Made by a program: the position numbers and the translations under genes. A model generated the notes under the pieces. That model searched no databases. It was not told the DNA's origin and saw only the letters and a list, made by a program, of their open reading frames with translations. 37,023 nucleotides of DNA from contig MCFE01000776.1 in assembly GCA_002104905.1 (NCBI GenBank), forward strand, positions 1 to 37,023. The letters run 5' to 3'. Shown piece after piece: positions 9,941 to 21,039 of this stretch; the stretch's first letter is position 1, and the number at the start of each line of letters is the position of its first letter. Origin of the DNA: Basidiobolus meristosporus CBS 931.73. Taxonomy: Eukaryota; Fungi; Basidiobolomycota.

Positions 9941-12900
9941 GCTATAACTGAATTTACCATGACACTTTACTGTGCACAAAGGCATCCTCAGGACTTGGCA
10001 AGGAAAGTTGACTTGCATTCAGCCAAGGATGACAAGTCCGGCATTTTATGCTTTGCAGCAATGAAGCATGTTCTCCTTGAGGCAAAGCAGACTTTCACCA
10101 TTAGGAGACTTTTGTAGTCAAATCTGCCTGACCAGTCAACCAAGGAATCAAGGAGTGCTGTTGCTGAGAATCAGACCTACACTACAGACAGAATTGACCA
10201 ACTTGCTGAGCAGCTACAAATCTAGCCCTCAGGATTAATGGCTCCGCTGAAGTAGCTACTGAGAGCCAAAAACCTTTGCCCAGACATTGCATCTGGTGTG
10301 ACTCTACTCAGCATGCCAGAAGAGAAAGCTCAGAGCTTAGTCAGCTACTAAGAGAAGGAGCTGTAAAGCTTGATGCTGATGGAATGCTTGCTGGCAGGGT
10401 AGAAAGAAGGATCCCCACCAATTTCAGAAGAGGAGGGATGAGAGCTCTTTTCCAGAGATCTGACTTAGCAACCAGAAATATTGCTGTTGATACCCCTATT
10501 GGTACTCATACAGTGAATATAAGCAGCCCTGACAACAGACAATACAAAGTTGATGCCTTTGCTACCAAAAGACACCTTCCTGAAGAACCTGCCTGACCCA
10601 TCCTTAGAGGACCACAATTTGAAGGGCCTGAAGTTAGCATTGACAGAAGGCCTGGAATACTGCCCACTCAAGATCTAATGCCTCAGTTTCAGATGACCTT
10701 ATAGATAGCAAACTACTCAAGCCCTCAGCTGATTAATGAGAAGCTGCTGAAGCGGAACCTTACTTTGCTGGTTGGAGAAATCATAAGTATATCCCCATCT
10801 GTTATCAGGACCGTTGATGCGCAGCTTCAAACAAGAAAAAAAGCCATTGAACATATGGACACCCACATAATCAGACAAGCCATGAAGACTACCAAAAGGA
10901 TGACAACATTACTGAATATAAGACCTTTTACTCAGTTGCAACTGCTGTGGCAAAAGAATATATATATGATGACCCTGCTGACTGCCATATTGACAGTGGC
11001 TCACAGATTTGTGTTATGCTGCTAGACTTCCAGACAACACTCAGAAGCAAAGAGCTACTGCCTGTTGATAGAGATATTGGATGGAACATGACTGATGCAA
11101 ACTCAGGATCTAGTCCACACTATGGTGTAGTGCACAAGTTCCCTACTGAGGTACAACAAATCAAGGTCTGGCTTCCCCTCTTTATCTGCCAGAAAGCAAA
11201 CCTTGACCTTCTGCTAGGCAGACCATGGGAGACCAGTACTATGGCTACAACTACCAATTATTCCAATGGGTCAGTGTAGTACACTATACAAGGATCAAAC
11301 TCAGGACTACAGTCAATGTTCTGTGGTGTAACACCCTACAATAAGAGGACACATACTGCTTTCCAGAAGATGCATTTTGTTACAGAAGAAGATGAGGAGC
11401 CTTACAATATAAACCCCAACATTTGGAGCTGCTCATTAAGCATATAGAAGTGGACTGCCATAGTTTGAACAAAATTCAAGACAGCTGAGCAGAAGATTAG
11501 ACCATCACCTACACCTCTGACTGATGGATCTTGACCTGCTAATTATATCAGTCCACCAGAAGAAACTCCTGGAGTTATACAGCTTACACCCAAGTGACTT
11601 AGGCAACTTATCATTGATGATGGAAACCTAACACCAGAAGAGATCTTATCATTCAAAGAAACCCTGAAAAGGTATGATAAGGTTTTCTCATACAATGACA
11701 AGGAGATGGGGCTCTCAAAGACATCAGCTGAAGAACCTATCCAGATTTATACAGTGCCACACACACCTGGCATATAAGCCTTACCTACTGCCCAGAGGAC
11801 TACAAGCTGATGTGCATAATCTACTTAAGAAGTAAATTGATGCTGGTATCCTAGAGCCTTGCCATGGAACTTATGCTGGCAGATGGTTGGTGACCAAAAA
11901 GAAAAATTGAAAGCCCCAATTCATTCAAGACATGCAACCTGCAAATGCTGTCATTATCAGAGATGCTGTGATACCTCCATTTGTTGATGACTTTACTGAG
12001 AGCTTTAGTGGTCACTCTATCTACTCAACATATGATTTCCAGCTGGGATATGACCAGATCCCACTAGATGAGACATCAAGAGATATGTATGCACTCCAGA
12101 CACCATCTGGACTGTTAAAGATGACAAGACTAGCCAAGGGGCTTCAAACTCTATGGCTCAGTTCCAGCAATGCAGGGCAAATGTTCTGTACCAGTTTATA
12201 TCTGAAAAACTTGCAGTCTTTGTTGATGAAATAGGCATCAAGAACCAAAGTTTCAGGACACCATTGAAGTTCTGCATAGAGTAAGAAAGTTTGCCTATAA
12301 CTGTATTTCAGACAATGATGCCACATTAGGAGCCATTGAAGATGCTGGACTCACCATCAGTGCTGAGAAAAGCAGCTTTCATGTATCAGAGATATCCATT
12401 GTTGGACAAAATGCAACACCTTTGGTTGTTCACCTGGAGACTGCAAGACACAAAAAATATGCAACTAGCCTACCCCCACAAATCTAACATAAGCTTGGGG
12501 CTTTGTGGCAGCTTGTGGGTTCTTTAGGATCTGGATCCCAAGATTTTCTGAGATAGCAGAGCCAATTTACCAACTACAAAGAAAGCATACCCTATTTATC
12601 TGGGGAGAAATACAAGAAGAAGCCATGCAAATACTAAAAGAGGCCTTTGTATCTCCACCAGTTCTAAGACCTTTTGACTATCAAAAAACTGAATGCCCAT
12701 CTATTTTGACATTTGATGCAAGCTATATAGGAGCTGAAGCACTACCCCTATGAAAAATAATTTAGTCCAGCGGGTGGATCCAATCCAGATCATCCGTCAA
12801 GATCCTGTATAGAGACCATCATAATAACAACACCTTGGAACTAGTGACCCTCCTGACAATCTTATAACAAGATCACGATGGTGTTTTGCAAATTTCACAG

Positions 12901-12988
12901 CCAAATAAAGGGATAAAGCTTGACAATTTTTGATTGGTGCTGTGACAATATTTGCATGGCATTGTTGTGGTCTTTCAGCGCTCTATTA

Positions 12989-15911
12989 CTATTTTAAGTG
13001 GATCCAGTTGGCCAGGACTTCCAATTGCCTTATATGGCAAGAAACTTGACGGTATTTTGATGGCCTCACAGCAAGACTCTGATGGCTTTTTCTTGGCAGT
13101 ATGACAGCCTGCCACTGGTTCTGTATAATGCTACTGTACCAATTTACCAAATGGTATTTCCTTTTTCTACCTCCCCTTGTGCAATTCATATATTGCACTG
13201 TAGAATCACTTTTCTTTATTTGCTTACCCGCTACTACCTTGGGTATTCCACATTTAGTTCAAATCAAAAAAAACTATGGGCTCCTGCTTACTAACCTCTA
13301 CAAACATGCACACCTGCTGCAATTGACATACTTCTATTACCTTGACTTTACAGCTTTTTAGTGTGATACTTGCAAAGTTGCCATATACCTTGTACTGCTG
13401 GTAGCATGTACATCTTGCAAACATATGCTTGGTTGTTGCCACTTCTGCCATGAATACCTCCTGAATATCTGCAAAGAACTTCTTGGTATTTAGCCAATAT
13501 ATTCCTTCTCCCTGCGGATTCTAGTCCCTCTTATAGGTGCACTCTGGCTTTTGTTTGTGTGAATTCTGTATTGAATGGTGTAGAAGTTGGCTTGTGACCA
13601 CAAGAAATCTGGCATATCTTGGTGGAGTTTCCTGATAAAAATTAGTTGCTTGTTGCACCCAGCCCAACTTTGCATTACTTAACTGATTACCCATGCATTG
13701 GGCCTGCTTAGCTACTTAATGCCATAGGCATAGGTGTCTCCATGTGCACATCTGTCCTCAGTATTTTCCAACTCTTTCTGGCTGTCCTCCATGTGCCAAC
13801 TCATCACATCCATGACAGACTTGAAGGTAATATTCTTGATGAGATTGGGATATGGGAGTACCTGTGACTTGACTCGTCTTCCTATCTCCCCACACATCCA
13901 CTCCATAGGAAATTCCCAAAAGGTGAAGCAAGGCCTGATATTCTCCACACACCGTGCAAGATGGAGTAGAGAATGGATACAGTAGCGGCAGTGATCTACA
14001 TGTTCAGCTTTATGTTTGTAGTATAGCCGCTCAAATCCCATCACAAACTCCTCACACAATAGCTGTAGATGCGTCAAGTTGGTATTGGTGATCTGCTTCT
14101 GGATAAATATTCCTACAATGTCCACATATGACTCCCAATGCTTCCAATGTACTCTTGGTAGGAATGGCTTGAGAACACCACTTGAATAAATACATATCCA
14201 GTTCATCCAGTCTTTTCATTTGTATTTTTGCATATGCGTATGAATATTGATTGGAGCCCATGAGAAGTACTTAGGGTAGCAGATACTCTGTAAAATCTTG
14301 CCAATTCTTTCAAATCTCTCTGGTATCTCAAAGGGCTCATTTTGCTTGAAATGCACCATGCACAACTTGGTTATCAGTATAGGGATATTGTTGAAAGCAA
14401 ATGCATTGCTCCTAGTGGAAAGCTTTTGCGCCAACAGATACCCTCTATCTTAAGTATCTCTGGTTTCCAATTGATTCCGTATTCCGGCCAATGGCTTATA
14501 GCTTGCCAACTTTGCTGCAACTGCACGCTTACTTCTGTACGTTCTCTCTGTGAAAAGATGATGTTCTTAGTGCTGGTGTTTGGGTAATAGTAATGTGTGT
14601 GAGTTGTGGAGTAAATCCCCTGGATCTCACACATTTGATAGCAATACCATCCATTGTTCCTGGAAAAACTTTGCTATCTTGCTGATGGCTGGGGTATCTC
14701 CAATGCAGATAATAATATGCGCTTTTACATGACAGCCATTTACTGTTATCCCACTGGAAAGCCTACAAAATTCATTCAGCAATGAATACAGGTAGCTATC
14801 CAGGTTGGATGGTGATTTAGGCCCAGATACCAGTGAGACTACTATCAGATTATTACTCTGATACCATAAGATGGGGGGCAGATTCAGATCAATGAGAATC
14901 CGTAGCCAGCAGGATTTGCTGGTAGAGTACTTGTTTAATGAGAATCCATCAAGTGCTAAAGCAAAGGCATGGTCATACATACCTTCAAAGTAGCCCTTGC
15001 TTCTTAGCTGTTTGTAATGTTTGCCATCAAATATATTGGATATGTTTGCACTTGATTGATACTGAGTGCAGTACTGTATAGCTTTGCAATATTTGTTGGA
15101 CTGCATCAGCTTCCTCAGACGGGGTATGACCAGAATAAATCTGGAGTGTGAACAATGTTTACCCTCAATGGTGGTAGATTCCTGACATTTGGACACTGTG
15201 CAATAGTAGCATTTGCGGATGTGAATGCCATGCAACTATTAACATATGCTGGAATCAGGACAGTCTCTGGATCATATGTTGCCAGCGGCATGACGGTTGT
15301 CCACTTGCACCATGTACATGGTAAGTTGCATCCTGGTATGATTTTGGCAAGAAGTAGTAATAAATCCTCAAAGCCCCCATTACTGATATTAGTGGAAACG
15401 CACCACTTCTCTAGCCACAACATTATATGATTCACCAGTAAATGGATTACTGGGCTTACTTGGCTCCACAAAGTATCCTTGGTGTTTGTTTCAACAGGTG
15501 TTGTCTCATTGCATACAGGGATTAGACAGGCTCATACATGGTACTGTTATTAGGGGAGATAGGCTCAAAATCCATCAGTGAACCTTTTTGGTCAGAGCTA
15601 TCACTCTGCGTGCCATATTCAGAAGGCTGAGGTGAGCATAAAGGTGGCACAAACTCACCTGACTAAGTTTACACAAGGTGACAAAGACAGCCAGGTGCCA
15701 ACATAGAAGTATCAACTGGCCAGCAAGATAATGTTGGTAGAGTAGTGACCAATGAATTGTCAAATATGACTTGGGTGGCAAAACACTGGCCATGATCCTT
15801 GTAATACTTCCTATGCTGTCTGAGTGCTTCATGGCTGAGAGGCTTGCCACAATAGCCACATGGTTATTTTTCTCTTCTCTTACGGCGTTGAGTCAAAGTA
15901 GTCTTGTCCAT
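12989..15911 (-). pseudogene. tnp2/Transposase_21-type (CACTA) transposase, frameshifted
   Basis: Start MDKTT at 15911; AYVNSCMAFT...CPN; IFDGKHYK; ALALDGFS; LVSGPKSPSNLDSYL; IGDTPAISK; DUF4218-like HSLLHL...FWEFPMEWMCG. The 3' end is approximate. Confidence 0.92.
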
Positions 15912-16132
15912 GGTCAAACAGTTTGACCTTCAACAACGTAATGCCATTATATCACTTTTTGGTCAATACTCATGTGAGCTTAAGACAGTCTTGTATTTGA
16001 GACATTTTACCTACATGAATGTAAGATTAAATGATGACCCTCCATAGTAAGCATTATAAATAAAGTTGTGGCACCACATACACATGTATATGTAACACTA
16101 TTTCCCCTTTGGTTTGACTCACTTCCATATAT
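15912..16132. promoter_or_regulatory. Putative bidirectional promoter between transposase and accessory ORF
   Basis: ATG-to-ATG spacer is 221, 221 and 223 bp in copies 1, 2 and 3; contains TATAAATAAA at about 16056. Confidence 0.6.
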
Positions 16133-17086
16133 ATGCCACCAAAAAATAAAGCAAAGTTGTCTGGTACTCCACCAAACCCCACCACTGACAGCAACAGAAG
16201 AATGGTTAGACAACAGCTTGCTTTGACATTCAGTACAACAAGCAGGCCTACATCCAAAAAAGGTCCTGTGGACAGTGTGCCCATTGAAGGTATTAATGCC
16301 AACTCCTCAGACTCTCAGTCAAGTAGGCAATTGAGAACCTCTGCAGAGCCACAAGCTGACCATTATTCTCAGGCAGATGAGAATGTAGCAAACACAGTAC
16401 CCTCTGTTGAAGATCAGCAAGTGGCCATGATAACATTACCACCACCCATATTAGCAAGTATATTGTCAGCTCATACCAAAGCATTAATGAAGCAATTAGG
16501 TGCAGTGGCTGATAGGATAGATGCAATGGCCCAGAGAAATCTGGAAGTAGTCCAGAAACAGGATGAGCGGATAATACATGTAGAGCAATCAATATCCCAG
16601 GTAGAGAATGCAGTATCTCTGCTGCAAAGAAGGAACTCAAGTAGCTCAATGTCACAGCCAAGAATTGAGCCATTTCCCAATGTAACAGCAGAGGAACACC
16701 GCACAGTCTTTGAAGTACAACAACAGTGCCCAAAGATAAAGCCCACAGAAAAACCTATCATTGCATGGGAGGGAGACAATGTGGTGTTTATACCAAAGCC
16801 TAAAAATCAAAAGACATTGAAGATCCATGAAGCTTTTGAGTGCAATAATGAAGAGTGGGCTAATATACAAGAGGCCATCAGAAGTCTAGCATGCTATCAC
16901 CTTAAGGCTGGCATACCATGGGGTCATCAGGAACTCAAGGCCAAGCAGAATGCACTTTACTTGTTCCATGAGCATTATCTTGGACTCAAACAGGCAAACG
17001 GATTTTGGGCCAGCATTGATATGCTAAGAAAGTATCTTAAGAATAGCAGAAACTATCACAGGCAGAAGAACAAGGGTGCCATAGCT

Positions 17087-18575
17087 AAAAACCAGTGGCT
17101 TCCTCAAGAGCCCATTACAAGCAGGGCCAAAAGCTCCAGACAAGCGTCAAAGAGATGTCAGGCAGCTGGAAGAGTGCCAATTACGGATGAGCAGGCAGAC
17201 ATGGATGCACCAGCACAACATTTATCAAGGAAAAAGCATACTACCACTCAAGAAACACCCAGTCAACGTAGCAGTGAAGGACCTGGCAGTGATAAAAACC
17301 AGCCGCTGTGGTGGTGTATAAGTCCAAGGGAGAGATACGTCCAACACTTCTCAAGTGTTTTGTGTGTGGGGTGTTCACTGGGTGCAATAACCTCTGGCAA
17401 AAGCTTGCTAGGAATACTTGGGTTCTGTCTCTAATCTAATGTGAAGGGGAATAAAGCCACAAGCTTGTCAAGGGAAAACTATTGAGCTACAATCCCCAAC
17501 TTAGTTGGCGTCTTAACAAAAGTATGTGCTGGGTTCAGCGTCCTTTGAGATGACAATGTACTAAAGCTTCCAAAGTCAAAACAACTGTAAACTCCACCAG
17601 CAGGGACTTGATAAGAATGCAGCTTTGGTCAATAGTTACAAAGACAGAAAAGTATCTTTGCCTGTACAAGAACAAACTTGGGAAAGAATCAAATATAATA
17701 AAAGATACCTACTCTGAGTATTCCTCACAAGTAGTGCCTCCAAGGTCAGTTGGCTGTCAGCGCGGTTTCCTGGGAGTGTCCTGTGGTCTAGGGTTGGAAG
17801 TTCAGGTAGCAGCAGGTAGCAGTGATCACACTAATCAACAAGTCGGTATATTGATAAAAGGGATGATGATTTATTGTTGAGGGATAGCCTCCCTTATATA
17901 CTTTTTTTCACTGGCTAAGTAATTACTAATCATGGTGTTCCAGAAGGTTCTGGAGATCAATAGAAATCTTAATGACATCAAAATGACCTAAGAATGTTCT
18001 AAGTAGGTGCCGGAAGGTTCTAAGAGGCACAGCACATCCAACCAATCAGGAATCAGTATTCTGAGACCTGTGTAACATGGGGATACCATATATGGTATGG
18101 AAATGGTAGGGATGGTGACACGGGCTGATCATGTGTCACGGGTACTGGCGCGGGTACTTGCCTAATATAGAAGTACTTATAGCTAGTAATCTTACATAAA
18201 GTGAGGGGTAACTTATGCAATAAGGTAAGCAGGTGTGATAGTCAACCAGCTTATGGGATAGTACTGATTGGGTAAGACAAATGGGATAAAACTAAAATGA
18301 GTGTAGTAGGGATATAGGGAAGTAGAAAATAAGGGAATGAGCACATCTGTCAGTGGGTGTCACTGTCACCCCACTACACCGCTTTACAGGAGCCCATCAC
18401 AACTACGGTTGAGAGCTCAAAACAAGCTGAAAAGAAATGTCAGGTTGCCAGAAGAGTGCCAGCAAGGGACATGCAGGCCAAAACAGATGTGTCAGAACAG
18501 AATTTATCCAGGAGAAAACGTAGTTCTTTACAAGAAGCACTCAGACAAAGTAGCAGTGAAAGACCTGGCAGTGAT
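17087..18575 (+). repeat. Two 207-bp (69-aa) tandem units in the accessory ORF, split by LTR-X
   Basis: KNQWLPQEPITSRAKSS...SSEGPGSD and ...QEPITTTVESS...SSERPGSD; unit starts at 17087 and 17294. Confidence 0.88.
17307..18378. mobile_element. Solo LTR, family X, long variant (1072 bp), inverted relative to the other three
   Basis: TGTGG...ACTACA; perfect 4-bp TSD CCGC at 17303-17306 and 18379-18382; retains CpGs. Confidence 0.93.
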
Positions 18576-21039
18576 AAAGGAAAAGGTAAAGGGAAAAATG
18601 TCTACCCAAGCCTGAGACAGGGAGGCATGCAAAAAAACTGCAGTTCTTGCCAATTAACACCACAAGCCAGGAACAGAATGAATCCCATCATAGCCATGAG
18701 GAATTACCAACAAGAAAACAGCTGTTTTCACAAGAGTTGGAAGTGCCGCCAGTTGAGCTACACTCCAGCAAGGTAGATGAGTTTGCTGAAAAAGGCAACT
18801 TCTCTACCACAGCCTCCACAGCCTCCACAACCTCCATTGTTGACAGAGTGGAGATCCCTCTGACAGACAAGGCTACAATGTCAAGAGCTCAAAAGACTAT
18901 CACAATGCCTTCAGTGGAGTTTTGGAACATTAATAGGCACACCAAGAGGTTGCAGCACTTCTTCAAGAGCAGTGCTCAAGAAAACACACTGGAATATTGC
19001 AAGGATTTATTGCAAAGACTAGCAGATGAGGAACTAGGCCTTGCAGTGCGGGCTGAAGACTCGTACGTGTGGGAACCAGTGAATGAACAGTGGCATAAAG
19101 CTGCTGGGTTCCTTCCAAGGTTGTGGAACCAGAGCGTTACAGCAGAAATACTTATTGAGTGGTGGATTTTAATGGAGTTACTTGTTGAGTGTGGGGTTAG
19201 GCTTAATGTTAGTGTAGTGTATGGAGACTTCTATAGGTCAATACAATTGGCAATTGAGGTACAACAGAAGTTTCAACGGAAATAAGTTAATTTGTATGTA
19301 TGAAAAGTAAGAGAAACGGTTGAGTCAGGAAGTAAGGAGTGTGAAAATGAGGCAATAGCCAATCAATTCACACAAACGTAGGAGGCAATAGAGTGTCCAG
19401 GATCAGAAAGTGAGCAAATTGGCAGGGAACCAATTAAAAGCCACTTATACATTGTTGTGATGAAAAATTTTGACAAAGCTTTTTGTGAAATCTGGGGTGC
19501 AATTAATTTTCAACGGTCTCTGGATGGTGTCCTGACAAGATCAGTACCTCTCAGTCATGGGACATTAATTTTGTGATGGCCTTTTACTGGATCATCTCAA
19601 TAATTTTTCATAGGGTACTTTGCCAAGATGATCAAGATGACAACTGCTCTGTCTGCAGATATGAGAGCTGCCTACTTTCTTGTAGAGAACAAAGGTACTC
19701 ACAGATTAAGAGAGAGCTACTAGGTGTTGTGACAATGCTGAAGAAGCTGAAGTCACAACTCTACACAACACATTTTATCCTGGAGACAGATGCCAAGCCA
19801 CTTATACAAATGATCACAATTCTAACTGACCTGATGATGCCACCAAGCAATAGATGGCATGGCAGAAAATGCTTGACTTTGAGGTCAAACATATCCCTGG
19901 CAAGACAAATGTTGTGGCTTATGCACTCTGTAGGAAGGGACCACACTTATTTGAAGACTTAGACCTTCACTTTGATAATATGATTGATGCAGTGATCCAA
20001 CATATTGCTATCAAAGACCAAGAGAGAACTACCAGCAGCCTGATCAAAGAATATCTAAGGACACTCAAGAAACCTAGTTGGATGGATATTCATGAATTTA
20101 GAAAGCTCAGAAAGAAGGCACACCACTACTATCTCAAAGATGATCTTCTCTTTAAACAAGTGAATCCTGGACTTATGCCAAGAAGAGTAGACACTACCCC
20201 ACTAGAGCAACTGAGCATCATGACAAGTATCCACCAAGGAGAACCAGGAAATCCTAGAGGACAAGAAGCCACCTACAACACCACAGCTCAGAGGTACTAC
20301 TGGGAAAAAATGTACTATAATATCCAACACTTTGTTGAGTCATGTATAGCCTGCCAGAAGAGATCCTCTAAGCATTATGCAGAACCACTGCATCCTACCT
20401 ACATAGTTTGTCTATGGCAAAAGGTTGGTATTGACCATGTCCACATGCCAACAGCTGGATCAAAAAAGTGCCTGATTGTTGCTGGAGATGACCACAGTGG
20501 TTGGGCAGACACTTGAGCCTTGGCCAACATCAAGAGCCATCCCATATGGAGATCTATACTTGAAGACATTATCTGTAGATTTGGCTGCATCCAATAGTTT
20601 GTTGCTGACAGAGGAGAGATGACATCCCAAATGATTCAGGAGCTGGTGAACTCTCTTGTAAGGATCTGTGAGAATAATACAACACTTTGGCCATAGCATT
20701 TACATATTGCACTCTGGGCAGATAGAATTACTACCAAGAGAACAACTAGATTATTGCCATTTAAGCTACTCTATGGACATGACTGCATACTACAAGCTGA
20801 GTTGGACACAGTCACTTGGAACTCTTTGAATTGGAAATCTAATGTCTACACTGAAGACCTCCTAGCCACTTGTATACAGCAACTTAATCACCATGACCCA
20901 AATATTAACAGAGCTGCTGGACAACTTATACACAGCTGAAGAACAAGGTGCCCTTTGACAAGTCACACTCAACAAGACCAAAACCACTATCATCTCTATG
21001 AAAAATTATTGAGATGATCCTGTCAAAAGGCCATCACAA

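Larger units (their letters stand above)
16133..19576 (+). pseudogene. Accessory ORF of the CMC element (unknown function), interrupted by LTR-X
   Basis: ORFs 16133-17434, 18357-18776 and 18647-19285 join after LTR removal. The frame continues through three stops to 19576. Homologues occur in all large copies. Confidence 0.8.
12746..19615 (-). mobile_element. Complete CMC/CACTA (En/Spm-like) DNA transposon, copy 1 (6870 bp including a 1072-bp solo LTR)
   Basis: 13-bp TIRs CCCTATGAAAAAT / ATTTTTCATAGGG match the CMC CMCWR terminus. 3-bp TSD TAC at 12743-12745 and 19616-19618. Excision restores DASYIGAEALLCQDD. Confidence 0.95.
9950..20993 (+). mobile_element. Ty3/Gypsy element 2 (gag, protease, RT, RNase H, integrase), interrupted by CMC copy 1; LTRs not seen
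   Basis: Gag knuckle-like CIWCDSTQH (~10290); protease HIDSGSQ...LLLGRPW (10947-11279); RT YDFQLGYDQIPL and FVDE (11900-12240); RNase H TFDASY split at 12745/19616; integrase H2C2 and rve (19854-20940). Many stops and frameshifts. Confidence 0.93.

Noticed and set aside
16293-16733. Hydrophobic antisense ORF recurring in copies (also 22572-23057 and 32722-33006)
   Set aside because: Recurrence follows from conservation of the sense accessory ORF; I saw no independent constraint.
17307-17434. C-terminal ~40 aa of the 433-aa ORF
   Set aside because: Read-through into the inserted solo LTR, not part of the protein.
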